Below, in pieces: positions 8,016 to 17,788 of a stretch of DNA of 64,000 nucleotides. The DNA is taken from contig DASXIR010000365.1 of assembly GCA_036497895.1 (NCBI GenBank), positions 10,522 to 74,521 of the forward strand, written 5' to 3'. The translations under genes and the position numbers were made by a program. The DNA comes from Vicinamibacterales bacterium. GTDB taxonomy: Bacteria; Acidobacteriota; Vicinamibacteria; Vicinamibacterales; CAVVIG01. Position 1 is the first letter of the stretch, and every line of letters begins with the position of its first letter. Under the pieces are notes generated by a model, which saw nothing but the letters and a program-made list of their open reading frames with translations, searched no databases and was not told where the DNA came from.

Positions 8016-9164
8016 GTGCGTCGTGCCGTCAAAGTTGCGATTGAGCAGTCGCTGGCGCTGCCAATCGCGGCGGTGCTGGCGCTGGTGTGGGCCAATACGT
8101 TCAGTCTCAGCTACCAGCAGTTCGCGCACGCGCTCACTTTTCCAATCAACGACATCGGGATGGCGTTTTTCTTCGGCCTGGCCGCGAAGGAGGTCGTGGA
8201 GGCGAGGGCGCCTGGCGCCGCGCTGGACACCTGGCGTCGCGCTGCCATGCCGGTCGTGGCGGCGGTCGGCGGGATGGTGACTCCGGCGTTGCTGTTCGTG
8301 TTGCTGGCGCACTCGACCAGCCACGATCAGCTACTGCGCGGCTGGGCCATTCCATGCGCCACCGACATCGCTTTCAGCGCGATGGTCGCGCGATCAATCT
8401 TTGGCCGTCACCCGGCGGTTCCGTTCCTCCTGCTCCTGGCAATCGTGGACGATGCGCTGGGCCTGGTGGTGCTGGCGCTGTTTTACCCCGCGCACGAGCT
8501 TCACGTCACCATCGCGATCGTCCTGATGGCGGCGGCCGTGTCGATCGCCTTTCTGCTCAGGCACAATCACGTACGGGTCTTCTGGCCTTACGTGTTTATC
8601 GGCGGGGCGTTTTCGTGGTTGGCACTATTCTGGGGCGGCCTCCATCCAGCGCTGGCGCTGGTGCCAATCATCCCGTTTCTGCCGCGCGCGCCGCACGACC
8701 CCGGGCTTTTCGTCGAAGCGCCTCCATACGCGCACGATGCGCTGAGTGAATTCGAGCACCGCCTGCGCCTGCCGGTCCAGGCGGTGCTGTTCCTGTTCGG
8801 CCTCGCCAACGCCGGTGTGCCACTCGGGTCGTGGGGCGCCGGGACCTGGACGGTGCTGACGGCGGTTCTGGTCGGGAAGCCGCTTGGAATCGGCCTGGCT
8901 GTCGCGCTTGCGGTGGCGGCGGGGCTGCAGCTACCCGCGCAGCTACGCTGGCAGGACATCGTGGTCGTCGGTTGCGCAGCCAGTATCGGCTTCACGGTCG
9001 CGCTATTCTTCGCGACCGCGGCGTTTCCGCATGGTGAAACTCTGGCGGCGGTCAAAACGGGTGCGTTGCTGAGTATCGCGGGCGCCGGTATGGCGATCGC
9101 GGCGGCGAAAATTCTCGGTGCTGGACGTTTCAGGGCTTTGCGGGCGGAATATCCTTCACGATGA
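8016..9164 (+). CDS. nhaA: Na+/H+ antiporter NhaA
   Basis: 382 aa polytopic membrane protein with NhaA motifs IPCATDIAFS and AIVDDALGLVVLALFY (the Asp-Asp pair). Confidence 0.9.
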   Translation: MRRAVKVAIEQSLALPIAAVLALVWANTFSLSYQQFAHALTFPINDIGMAFFFGLAAKEVVEARAPGAALDTWRRAAMPVVAAVGGMVTPALLFVLLAHSTSHDQLLRGWAIPCATDIAFSAMVARSIFGRHPAVPFLLLLAIVDDALGLVVLALFYPAHELHVTIAIVLMAAAVSIAFLLRHNHVRVFWPYVFIGGAFSWLALFWGGLHPALALVPIIPFLPRAPHDPGLFVEAPPYAHDALSEFEHRLRLPVQAVLFLFGLANAGVPLGSWGAGTWTVLTAVLVGKPLGIGLAVALAVAAGLQLPAQLRWQDIVVVGCAASIGFTVALFFATAAFPHGETLAAVKTGALLSIAGAGMAIAAAKILGAGRFRALRAEYPSR

Positions 9165-9561
9165 AGACGCGCTCGCCGGGCTTGATGAGGCCGAGCTCGC
9201 GCCTCGCGACTTCTTCGATGGCCGTGGGATCTTCGCGGAGCCGACGCGCTTCCTCTCGCAGGCGCGCGTTCTCGACGCGCTGATGCACAATGGTCGCGGC
9301 GAGCCGCTCGCCTTCCTGGCGGGCCCGCAGGATCGCCAGCAGACCGCGCTCGCCGACCAGGCCGTCCACGACGATGACCGAGGCGACGAAGAGGAGGGCC
9401 AGCTGTACCAGCCGCCGGTTGAGTTGCGTCGGCGGTTTGGGTTGTGGGGCCCGGCGTCTGGGCGTCTTCGGTGATTCTTGCTGCTGCGGCACGCGTGCAA
9501 GACAGTACAACAACTCTCCGAGAAGTACAAGGCCATCAATGACTGATCTGGTCCTCGTCAT
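9130..9561 (-). CDS. ftsB: Cell division protein FtsB/DivIC-family (septum formation initiator)
   Basis: A basic tail and single TM (LVQLALLFVASVIVV) are followed by a coiled coil and C-terminal REDPTAIEEVARRELGLIKPGERVFIV. The start is uncertain because it overlaps divergent cutA. Confidence 0.7.
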   Translation of the reverse strand: MTRTRSVIDGLVLLGELLYCLARVPQQQESPKTPRRRAPQPKPPTQLNRRLVQLALLFVASVIVVDGLVGERGLLAILRARQEGERLAATIVHQRVENARLREEARRLREDPTAIEEVARRELGLIKPGERVFIVKDIPPAKP

Positions 9562-9859
9562 GACGACAATGCCCGGCGATCATCGCGCGGAGGAGCTCGC
9601 GCGCACGCTGATCGACGAACGACTCGCGGCCTGCGTGACCGTCGGCGCGCCGATGACCTCCACCTATCCGTGGAAAGGACAGGTCGAGACCTCGACGGAG
9701 CGTCAGCTGCTGATCAAGACGCTGCGCTCGTGTTTGCCGGGGCTCGAGGCGCGGGTCCGCGCATTGCATCCGTACGAGGTGCCGGAATGGCTGACCCTCG
9801 AGGCTCGCGGCAGCGACGGCTACGCGCGCTGGGTTACGACTGCCGTCGCCGGTGGTTGA
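9539..9859 (+). CDS. cutA: Divalent-cation tolerance protein CutA
   Basis: Trimmed to Met84 of ORF 9290..9859. The sequence is MTDLVLVMTTMPGDHRAEELARTLIDERLAACV...YPWKGQVETSTERQLLIKT...HPYEVPE. Confidence 0.85.
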   Translation: MTDLVLVMTTMPGDHRAEELARTLIDERLAACVTVGAPMTSTYPWKGQVETSTERQLLIKTLRSCLPGLEARVRALHPYEVPEWLTLEARGSDGYARWVTTAVAGG

Positions 9860-10463
9860 TGAATTCGATCAGCATCGGCAGTACCGAGACGAAGACGATG
9901 CCAATGGTCACGAGCGAGAAGTTGTTGCGGATGATCGGTACGTTGCCGAACAGCCACCCCGCACCGAGGCAGACCGTCACCCAGGCGGTCGCGCCGACGA
10001 TGTTGTTGAGCACGAACACCGTTCTCGACATTCGCGCCGCGCCCGCAACGAAGGGGATGAAAGTGCGGAGGATCGGCATGAAGCGGCTGAGGATGACCGC
10101 CTTGCCGCCATACGTCTCGAAGAACGCGTGCGCGCGATCGAGATACTCCTTGTTCAGCAGGCGGAATCCCTGGCTCGTGCTCGTGAATACCCGCGGACCG
10201 ATGAACCGGCCGATGGAGTAGTTGACGGTATTCCCGGCGAAGGCCGCGAACACCATCAGCGCCCAGGTGGCCGGGGCATTCAGCACCCCGGTTGCGCACA
10301 GCGCTCCAGTCGCGAAGAGCAGGGAGTCGCCCGGCAGGAACGGCGCGACCACGAGCCCCGTTTCAGAGAAGACGATCACGAACAGGATGCCGTAGACCCA
10401 GGTGCCGTAGACGCGTACGAACTCCAGCAGATGCCGGTCGAAGTGGAGCAGGAAGTCGATCAC
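9834..10463 (-). CDS. DedA-family (SNARE-associated/VTT domain) membrane protein
   Basis: 209 aa. It has FSETGLVVAPFLPGDSLLFATGAL and YGGKAVILSRFMPILRTFIPFVAGAARM, typical of DedA. Confidence 0.85.
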   Translation of the reverse strand: MIDFLLHFDRHLLEFVRVYGTWVYGILFVIVFSETGLVVAPFLPGDSLLFATGALCATGVLNAPATWALMVFAAFAGNTVNYSIGRFIGPRVFTSTSQGFRLLNKEYLDRAHAFFETYGGKAVILSRFMPILRTFIPFVAGAARMSRTVFVLNNIVGATAWVTVCLGAGWLFGNVPIIRNNFSLVTIGIVFVSVLPMLIEFINHRRRQS

Positions 10464-10478
10464 TGGGCTAGACGGGGG

Positions 10479-11654
10479 CTAGACGAGGGCCAGAGCCTGG
10501 GTGAGATCGTCCTTGAGATCGTCGATGTCTTCGATCCCGGCCGAGATTCTGACGAGCCCATCGGTGATGCCGATCGCGGCGCGGTGCGCGGCGGGGACCG
10601 ACGCGTGGGTCATCGTCGCCGGATGCGAAATCAGGCTCTCCACGCCGCCCAGACTTTCGGCCAGCGCGAGGAGACGCACGGCGTTCAGCAGGCGCCGGGC
10701 CGCTTCGAGCGATCCGAGGTCGAACGCCAGCATGCCGCCGAATCCGTTCATCTGGCGCTTGGCCAGCTCGTGCTGGGGATGTGACGGCAGGCCCGGGTAG
10801 TGCACCTCCCGGACCTTCGGATGCGCGCTCAGAAACTGAGCCAGCGCGAGGCCGTTGGCGTTGTGCTGCTGCATGCGCAGCGTGAGCGTCTTGGTGCCGC
10901 GCAGCACCAGCCACGAATCGAACGGGCTCAGGATGGCGCCTTCGGCGTTCTGCACGAAGGTCAGCCAGCTGATGTCGTCCTCGCGTACCGCGACCACGAT
11001 CCCGCCGACGCTGTCGCTGTGACCGTTGAGGTATTTCGTCGTGCTGTGGGTGACCAGGTCGGCGCCGAACTCGATCGGCCGCTGCAGGTACGGGCTCGCA
11101 AAGGTGTTGTCCACGACCAGCCGGACATTGTGCTTGTGCGCGAGGTCCGCGGCGGCGCGCAGGTCGGTCAGACCCATCAGCGGATTGGTCGGCGTCTCGA
11201 CGAAGAGAAGTTGCGTATTCGGCCTGATGGCCCGCTCCACTTCTTCCAGCTTCGAGGTGTCCACGTAACTGAAACACAGCTGGTAGCGGGTCAGCACCTT
11301 GTCGAAGAGCCGGAACGTGCCGCCGTAGGTATTGTCCGAGACGACCACGTGATCGCCAGCCTTCAGCAGCGTGGCGATGGCCCCGATTGCGGCCATCCCC
11401 GAGGCGAACGCGAAACCGGCCTTGCCGCCCTCGATCGCCGCGAGGTTACGCTCGAGCGCCATGCGCGTCGGATTCTGGGTCCGCGCGTACTCGAAGCCCT
11501 TGTGCTGGCCGAGCGCATCCTGGACGTAGGTGGAGGTCTGGTAGATCGGCGTGATGATGGCGCCGGTCGAGGGATCGGGTTCCTGTCCGGCGTGCAGACA
11601 GATAGTACTGAAGCGCGCGTTTGGTTTGAGCTTCACGATCCAGCAACGATACAT
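10479..11654 (-). CDS. PLP-dependent trans-sulfuration enzyme (cystathionine gamma-synthase/gamma-lyase family)
   Basis: 391 aa. It has the PLP-lysine motif HSTTKYLNGHSD and N-terminal FSTICLHAGQEPDPSTGAIITPIYQTSTY. Confidence 0.85.
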   Translation of the reverse strand: MYRCWIVKLKPNARFSTICLHAGQEPDPSTGAIITPIYQTSTYVQDALGQHKGFEYARTQNPTRMALERNLAAIEGGKAGFAFASGMAAIGAIATLLKAGDHVVVSDNTYGGTFRLFDKVLTRYQLCFSYVDTSKLEEVERAIRPNTQLLFVETPTNPLMGLTDLRAAADLAHKHNVRLVVDNTFASPYLQRPIEFGADLVTHSTTKYLNGHSDSVGGIVVAVREDDISWLTFVQNAEGAILSPFDSWLVLRGTKTLTLRMQQHNANGLALAQFLSAHPKVREVHYPGLPSHPQHELAKRQMNGFGGMLAFDLGSLEAARRLLNAVRLLALAESLGGVESLISHPATMTHASVPAAHRAAIGITDGLVRISAGIEDIDDLKDDLTQALALV

Positions 11655-11702
11655 GTTTTAATATCGCGAAGTCCACGCATGCACCCTCGATGATGCCCGC
11701 CC

Positions 11703-13880
11703 ATGAGTAAGCGCCCGATTCCAGCCCTCGCCGATCGGCGTCACGGAGTGAAAGGCGCGTTGTTACACACGCTGCCGGGCCGGTCGATCGTCATCGGCCT
11801 GGTCGTCAAGGCGCTGGTGTCGCTGGTCGGGCTCGCGCTCGGTCACGTGCCGACCTTCTTTACGGTCGTCGACACGGTCGCCGGTCTGGCGGTGGCAGCC
11901 GGCCTGGTCTATTTCGCATTCCGGCTCACGGTCCTCGCCAAGCGCAGACTGCTGTGGCGGGTCAGGCGGAAGCTGATCCTCTCGTACGTCTTCATCGGTT
12001 TCGTACCGGCGCTGCTGCTGGCGGCGTTCTCGTTGCTGGTCGGGTTCCTGTTGTTCTACAACTTCAGTTCGTACCTGGTGCAGAGCCGGTTGCGCGCGCT
12101 GAGCGAGCAGGCGCGGTTTCTGGCTCAGGGTACGGCGCTCGAAATTCAGCGGTCGGGCGGGCGCGACGTTGCGAGCATCATCTCGCACCGGCAGGCGAAC
12201 GCCGACGGCGAGTACCCGGATACTTCGATCGCGGTCGTCTCCGTGAACCGCCAGTGCGACGCCGTGGGCGCGGACGCGTCCGCCCGCTCACCGCTGCCGC
12301 CGGACTTCCGCCGCCTGACCTCCGGACCGTGGGCGCATGTCGATCCGCCGCGCGAGATTCCCGCGTGGATCACCTGCGACGGGTTCTCAGGCGTGCTCGC
12401 CTACACGCACCGTCGTGCCGACGGCGCCACCGACACGCATCTGCTGGTGCGCGGCGTCGCGTTTCCCGACGCCGCCCGCCCGGCCTACGCCGTCATCGTC
12501 GACCTGCTCGTGAACGACGCCATCCGCCGGCAACTGTGGAAGGACACCGGCGTCGACCTGAAGACGGTCACTGCGTTGCCGCCGCAGCGCGGCAACGACA
12601 CCCAACCGATGACCGGCCGCGACGGCGACGACGCCGACGCAGCCTCGGCCGCGCCTGCGACGAACATTCGAAGCCTGCCCAGCCTGATGGAGTACCGCGA
12701 CTGGGCGACCGGCGCGCCCGGGTCGCTGATGGTGACCACCGCGCTGAGCGTCGGCGAACTCTACGATCGCATCTCGGCCGCTCAGGGCAGCGTTGGCGGC
12801 CGGACGTTCGGTCAGAACCTGCTGCTGGTGCTGTTCGTGATCGGCGCGCTCTTTCTCATCATCCAGGCAATGGCGCTGATCGCCGGCTTCGCGCTCGCCA
12901 AGTCGCTGACCGGATCGGTGCACCAGCTGTTTACCGGCACCGAGCGGGTGCGCCAGGGCGACTTCACGCACAAGATCGCGATCAAGACCGAGGATCAGCT
13001 CGGCGAGCTGGCCGGATCGTTCAACTCGATGACCGCGAGCATCGAGGATCTACTGCGCCAGGCCCAGGAGAAGAAACGGCTGGAAGAGGAACTGCGTATT
13101 GCGCACGAGATTCAGATGTCGCTGTTGCCGCAGGGACCGTTGACGATGCCCGGGCTGTCGGTGACGGCCCTGTGCGTCCCGGCACGTGAAGTCGGCGGCG
13201 ACTACTACGATTTCCTGCCGCTCGACGACCATCTGGTCGGCGTGCTCATCGCTGACGTCTCGGGCAATGGCACGTCGGCCGCTCTCTACATGGCCGAACT
13301 GAAGGGCCTGGTGTTGTCGCTCAGCGAAATCCATACCTCGCCGCGTTCGATGCTGATTGCCGCCAATCGCATCATCGCCGCGCACCTCGACGCGCGCAGC
13401 TTCATCACGATGACCTACGCCGTGATCGACATGCGGGCGCGAACCATGACCTACGCGCGCGCCGGACACACGCCGTTGATCTTCGTGCCCGGCTGCCGAG
13501 GCCCGCGGACCGCGCAGATCCTGGTGCCGGACGGAATGGTGGTCGGGCTCAAGCTCGATCACGGCGAGATGTTCGAGCGTCATCTGCACGAGGAAACGAT
13601 TCCGCTCAACCCGGGCGACGTCTGCCTGTTCTTCACCGACGGCATCAGCGAGGCGATGAACCCGCACGACGATCTGTTCGGTGAGGCGCGCCTCGGGCAA
13701 TTCGTCGAGCGCCACGCCGACCTGCCGTCGGAAGAGCTTCGCGAGCGGATGCTCCGCGAGATCGCCGCCTTCGTCGGCGACGCGCCGCAGCACGACGACA
13801 TGACCATGATTCTGCTGAAGGTGGACGATGCGCCGGTGAACGAGCCGATCAGCGCCGAGCTCGCGGCGATCGCGAAGTAA
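11703..13880 (+). CDS. Membrane sensor with HAMP domain and PP2C/SpoIIE-type serine phosphatase domain
   Basis: 725 aa. It has N-terminal TM helices, a HAMP segment (..ERVRQGDFTHKIAIKTEDQLGELAGSFNSMTASIEDL) and SpoIIE motifs (VGGDYYDF, ADVSGNGTSAALYMA, FFTDGISEA, DDMTMILLKV). Confidence 0.85.
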   Translation: MSKRPIPALADRRHGVKGALLHTLPGRSIVIGLVVKALVSLVGLALGHVPTFFTVVDTVAGLAVAAGLVYFAFRLTVLAKRRLLWRVRRKLILSYVFIGFVPALLLAAFSLLVGFLLFYNFSSYLVQSRLRALSEQARFLAQGTALEIQRSGGRDVASIISHRQANADGEYPDTSIAVVSVNRQCDAVGADASARSPLPPDFRRLTSGPWAHVDPPREIPAWITCDGFSGVLAYTHRRADGATDTHLLVRGVAFPDAARPAYAVIVDLLVNDAIRRQLWKDTGVDLKTVTALPPQRGNDTQPMTGRDGDDADAASAAPATNIRSLPSLMEYRDWATGAPGSLMVTTALSVGELYDRISAAQGSVGGRTFGQNLLLVLFVIGALFLIIQAMALIAGFALAKSLTGSVHQLFTGTERVRQGDFTHKIAIKTEDQLGELAGSFNSMTASIEDLLRQAQEKKRLEEELRIAHEIQMSLLPQGPLTMPGLSVTALCVPAREVGGDYYDFLPLDDHLVGVLIADVSGNGTSAALYMAELKGLVLSLSEIHTSPRSMLIAANRIIAAHLDARSFITMTYAVIDMRARTMTYARAGHTPLIFVPGCRGPRTAQILVPDGMVVGLKLDHGEMFERHLHEETIPLNPGDVCLFFTDGISEAMNPHDDLFGEARLGQFVERHADLPSEELRERMLREIAAFVGDAPQHDDMTMILLKVDDAPVNEPISAELAAIAK

Positions 13881-13881
13881 C

Positions 13882-14826
13882 ATGTCCACGGATCTGGTCG
13901 TCATCTTCCGCACGCACTCCGACATCGAGGCACAGGTGGTCCGGGGATTGCTCGAGGCTCACGGCGTGATGTCGGTGATCTCGTCGGACGTCCTGCGCTC
14001 GATTTTTCCGCTTTCGGTCGAGGGGCTCAGCGAGGTCCGGATTGCGGTGAGTGCCGGCGACGCGGAGGACGCGCAGCGCATCATCGACAGCCATCGCACC
14101 GAACTCAAAAGCGGACAGGTGGTCCGGCTTCGCGACGAGTTCGACGGGCTGCAGCAGGCGATTGGCTATCGCTTCCGCGATCGCGGCACGCTCGAACACG
14201 CGATGACGCACACTTCGCGCGCCAACGAGGACGTCAGCGGCGGCGTGCGCGACAACGAATCGCTCGAGTTTCTGGGCGACGCGCTGCTCGGATTCGTGAT
14301 CGCCGATGCGCTGTTCCGCGAGTTTCCGGAGTTCGACGAAGGAGAGAAGTCCAAGACCAAGGCGTCGCTGGTGTCCACGGCGACGCTGGCGCGGCAAGCC
14401 GAGCGTCTCAGTCTGGGCGAGCACCTCCTGCTCGGGCGCGGTGAAGAGAAAACCGGCGGCCGCCAGAAGCAGGCGCTGCTGGCCGACGGCTACGAAGCGC
14501 TGATCGCGGCGATTTACGTGGACGGCGGCATCGAGCACGCACGGGCCTTCATTCTCCGGGAATTTGCGGCAATGCTCGAGGTGGTCCGGCGGGATGGGGC
14601 CGGCGGTCAGGACTACAAGTCCGAGTTGCAGGAGCTGCTTCAGGCCCGCGACCGCGCGCTGCCCGAGTACCGGGTGGTAGCGACGGCCGGCCCCGATCAT
14701 CGGAAGTCGTTCGAGATCGAAGTGACCGTGGCGGGGGAGCCTCTCGCCTCGGCAACCGGGCCGAGCAAGAAAGGAGCGGAGCAGGACGCGGCCCGCGCGG
14801 CGCTCGAGAAGCTGAAGAGCGCCTAG
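13882..14826 (+). CDS. rnc: Ribonuclease III with an extra ~80-aa N-terminal domain
   Basis: It has the RNase III signature ESLEFLGDALLGFVIAD and a C-terminal dsRBD (DYKSELQELLQ...GPSKKGAEQDAARAALEKL). At 314 aa it is about 80 aa longer than typical. It starts 1 nt after the stop of the phosphatase gene. Confidence 0.9.
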   Translation: MSTDLVVIFRTHSDIEAQVVRGLLEAHGVMSVISSDVLRSIFPLSVEGLSEVRIAVSAGDAEDAQRIIDSHRTELKSGQVVRLRDEFDGLQQAIGYRFRDRGTLEHAMTHTSRANEDVSGGVRDNESLEFLGDALLGFVIADALFREFPEFDEGEKSKTKASLVSTATLARQAERLSLGEHLLLGRGEEKTGGRQKQALLADGYEALIAAIYVDGGIEHARAFILREFAAMLEVVRRDGAGGQDYKSELQELLQARDRALPEYRVVATAGPDHRKSFEIEVTVAGEPLASATGPSKKGAEQDAARAALEKLKSA

Positions 14827-14878
14827 CGCGCCGGGCGCACGACGGGCGCGGAACTCTGTGCCGTCTCGCGCGCTGACG

Positions 14879-16051
14879 CTAATCGATCTCGATGATGCCC
14901 GAGGAGGGACCGCCCGCCATCGCGAACGCGGGCTCGGTGGTCGCGGGTGCGGGGCTTGGTGTCGGATCGGCCGCTGGCGGCAACCGCGGCAGTGCGTAGC
15001 GATGGACCTCGCGCGCGACATCGTCTTCGGCGGGCGCGGACGGACGGCAGTGGAGGCGCACCCAGACCCGCAGCAGCGGATCGGTGAAGGTGTAGCGCTT
15101 CTGCCGCGAGGTCACCAGGTCCACGTCTTCGAGCCAGGACAGATAGTCCTTGGTCGAGCCGGGCGTTCGCCGCAAACGCTGCGAGATTTCGGTCAGCGTC
15201 AGTCCTTCTTCCTCGCCGAGGATCTCGAGAATCGCCTTCAGTGCGCCGTAGCCGCGGGCGCGGTGCAGGCGGAGCTCGTACGAATAACCGCAGGTGGCGG
15301 CGAGCTTGCCGTGCGGCGAGAGCAGCGCCGAGAGTGCGCTGATCGCATCGCCGCTGCCGGGACCGCCGTGATCCCGCAGCGCGGCGAGCTCGTCGGCGAT
15401 CGCCCGGACGTACATCGGCCGGCCATCGGCGAGGCTGAGGACCGTGCGCGACAGGAAATCCGCCTCGTGGGCATCCTCGGCCCCGGATCCGCCCGCGGTC
15501 AGCGGTCCGAGAATATCGAGGGTGTCCTCGGCCGTCAGCGACGGGATGTGCATCACCTCGAAACGCGCCGGACAGTCGCGGAGCAGCCGGAGCGTCCGGG
15601 CGGTGTAGCGGCTCGTGAGCACGAAACGGTTAGGACTCGCGGCGATGCTGTCGATGAAATCGCGCAGCACGCGACGCAGGCCGGGAAAGCTCTCGAAGGT
15701 CCGCAGTTCGTGGAACTCGTCGAGCAGGAAGGTCGCCGGCTCGCTGGCGGAGGTGCGGGCCCGGGTGAAAAATGCGAGCGCCGCGTCGAACGCGGCGCGG
15801 GCGTTGGCCGGCGGCGTATCGCTGACCGGGAACGGCGAAACCGCCGCGATCGCGTGCAGAAAACGTTCGGGCGTCGTCGCGGTGCGCTCGACGTCGATGA
15901 ACTGCACCGAGGTGCGGCCGCGATCGCGCAGTTGCTGGAGCAGGGTGGTTCGCCCGCTGCCGCATCCGCCGAGCAGCACCGGAATGCGCGAGGGCGAAGC
16001 CTCGTAAGCGGCCGCGACACGGCGAGCCAGGGCGGTACGCGGAGTCAGCAT
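14879..16051 (-). CDS. P-loop ATPase (archaeal-ATPase/AAA-like) with C-terminal winged-helix-like domain
   Basis: 390 aa. It has Walker [14 protein letters not shown], Walker [10 protein letters not shown], and a C-terminal [32 protein letters not shown]. Its start overlaps the hutU stop by 7 nt. Confidence 0.75.
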   Translation of the reverse strand: MLTPRTALARRVAAAYEASPSRIPVLLGGCGSGRTTLLQQLRDRGRTSVQFIDVERTATTPERFLHAIAAVSPFPVSDTPPANARAAFDAALAFFTRARTSASEPATFLLDEFHELRTFESFPGLRRVLRDFIDSIAASPNRFVLTSRYTARTLRLLRDCPARFEVMHIPSLTAEDTLDILGPLTAGGSGAEDAHEADFLSRTVLSLADGRPMYVRAIADELAALRDHGGPGSGDAISALSALLSPHGKLAATCGYSYELRLHRARGYGALKAILEILGEEEGLTLTEISQRLRRTPGSTKDYLSWLEDVDLVTSRQKRYTFTDPLLRVWVRLHCRPSAPAEDDVAREVHRYALPRLPPAADPTPSPAPATTEPAFAMAGGPSSGIIEID

Positions 16052-17715
16052 TCGGGTCCCTCACGCATCGGGATGCGCAAACCTTCGCGTTCGGCGGTGG
16101 CAATGGCGCTGGCGTAGCCGGCGTCGGCGTGTCGCAGCACGCCGATGCCCGGATCGCACGACAGCACGCGTTCGAGTCGTTCGTCCGCGTCGGTGGTGCC
16201 GTCGGCGACGATCACCATGCCGGCGTGCAACGAGTAGCCGATGCCGACGCCGCCGCCGTGGTGCATCGACACCCAGGTGGCGCCGCTCGACGTATTCAAC
16301 AGGGCATTCAGGACCGGCCAGTCGGCGATGGCATCGCTGCCGTCGCGCATGCCCTCGGTTTCGCGGTTGGGCGATGCCACCGAACCGGTGTCGAGATGAT
16401 CGCGGCCGATGACGATCGGCGCGTGCAGGCGGCCCTCGCGGACCAGTTCGTTGAGGCGCAAGCCGAACCGGGCGCGCTCACCGTAACCGAGCCACAGGAT
16501 GCGGGCCGGCAGTCCCTGGAACGGGACCCGCTCCTGGGCGAGGTGAATCCACCGCACCAGCGCTTCGTCGTGCGCGAACATCTCGAGTGCGGCTTCGTCG
16601 GTCACGTGGATGTCATCCGGGTCGCCGGACAACGCCACCCAGCGGAATGGTCCCTTGCCTTCACAGAAGAGTGGCCGGATGTACTCGGGGACGAAACCGG
16701 GGATGTCGAATGCATTGCTGACGCCGGCCAGCCTGGCCTGGGCGCGGATGTTGTTGCCGTAGTCGAACACGATTGCGCCGCGCTGCCGCAATGTGAGCAT
16801 CGCGCGCACATGATCCGCCATGGCCGCCATCGAGCGGGAAATATATTCGTCCGGCTGACGTTCGCGGAGCCGTCCGGCCTCGGCGAGCGGGATGCCGTTG
16901 GGCACATAGCCGTTGAGCGCGTCGTGCGCGGAGGTCTGGTCGGTGACGACGTCTGGAGTGACACCACGGGCGACGAGTTCAGGCAGCACGTCCGCGGCGT
17001 TGGCGCGCAGGCCGATCGAACGGCCGACACCGTCGCGCTTCCACGCGTCGACGCGTCGCAGCGCTTCGTCGAGGCTGTCGGTCGACTCGTCCAGATACTT
17101 GGTCGCCAGACGCTTCGCGATGCGTGCGGGATCCACCTCGATCACGAGCGCCGCGGCGCCGTTCATGACCGCCGCCAACGGCTGGGCGCCGCCCATGCCA
17201 CCGAGTCCGGCGGTGACGACGAGCCGGCCGGACAGGCTGCCGCCGAAGTGCTGACGGCCGACCGCGGCGAGCGTCTCGTAGGTGCCCTGCACGATGCCCT
17301 GGCTGCCGATGTAGATCCAGCTGCCGGCTGTCATCTGTCCGTACATCGTGAGGCCGCGGTGTTCGAGATCGCGGAAGGTTTCCCACGTGGCCCAGGCCGG
17401 CACCAGCATCGCGTTCGAGATCAGCACTCGCGGTGCGCCTGGGTGGGTCTGAAAGACGCCGACCGGTTTCCCCGATTGCACCAGCAGCGTCTCATCATGT
17501 TCGAGTGTCGTCAGCACGCGCACGATGGCGTCGAACGATTCCCAGTTGCGCGCCGCCTTGCCCGAGCCGCCGTAGACGACAAGGTCGTCGGGCCGCTCGG
17601 CAACGTCGGGGTCGAGATTGTTCATGAGCATCCGGAGCGCGGCTTCCTGCTGCCAGCCCTTGCAGGTCAGCGCGGTGCCCCGCGGCGATCGAATGATGCG
17701 AGTGGCGGTGGTCAT
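16045..17715 (-). CDS. hutU: Urocanate hydratase
   Basis: 556 aa, collinear with HutU throughout (..[30 protein letters not shown].., ..[12 protein letters not shown].., ..[11 protein letters not shown]..). Confidence 0.95.
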   Translation of the reverse strand: MTTATRIIRSPRGTALTCKGWQQEAALRMLMNNLDPDVAERPDDLVVYGGSGKAARNWESFDAIVRVLTTLEHDETLLVQSGKPVGVFQTHPGAPRVLISNAMLVPAWATWETFRDLEHRGLTMYGQMTAGSWIYIGSQGIVQGTYETLAAVGRQHFGGSLSGRLVVTAGLGGMGGAQPLAAVMNGAAALVIEVDPARIAKRLATKYLDESTDSLDEALRRVDAWKRDGVGRSIGLRANAADVLPELVARGVTPDVVTDQTSAHDALNGYVPNGIPLAEAGRLRERQPDEYISRSMAAMADHVRAMLTLRQRGAIVFDYGNNIRAQARLAGVSNAFDIPGFVPEYIRPLFCEGKGPFRWVALSGDPDDIHVTDEAALEMFAHDEALVRWIHLAQERVPFQGLPARILWLGYGERARFGLRLNELVREGRLHAPIVIGRDHLDTGSVASPNRETEGMRDGSDAIADWPVLNALLNTSSGATWVSMHHGGGVGIGYSLHAGMVIVADGTTDADERLERVLSCDPGIGVLRHADAGYASAIATAEREGLRIPMREGPEC

Positions 17716-17788
17716 GAACGGATCGACGTCGAAAGACTAGACCTTAAGAAGCGGCGCGAACGATGTCAATTTGAAAATGAAATATTTT

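Noticed and set aside
7974-8324. N-terminal extensions in the ORF track, here on the dioxygenase. The same applies to 42952..43365, 23508..23675, 25987..26322, 45584..45979, 47550..48059, 58051..58323, 61586..61699 and 21907..22155.
   Set aside because: The extended parts are Arg-rich and non-homologous, and they overlap neighbouring genes or divergent promoters. In each case an internal start fits better: it matches the conserved family N-terminus or a signal peptide, in some cases with an SD or an ATGA overlap as well.
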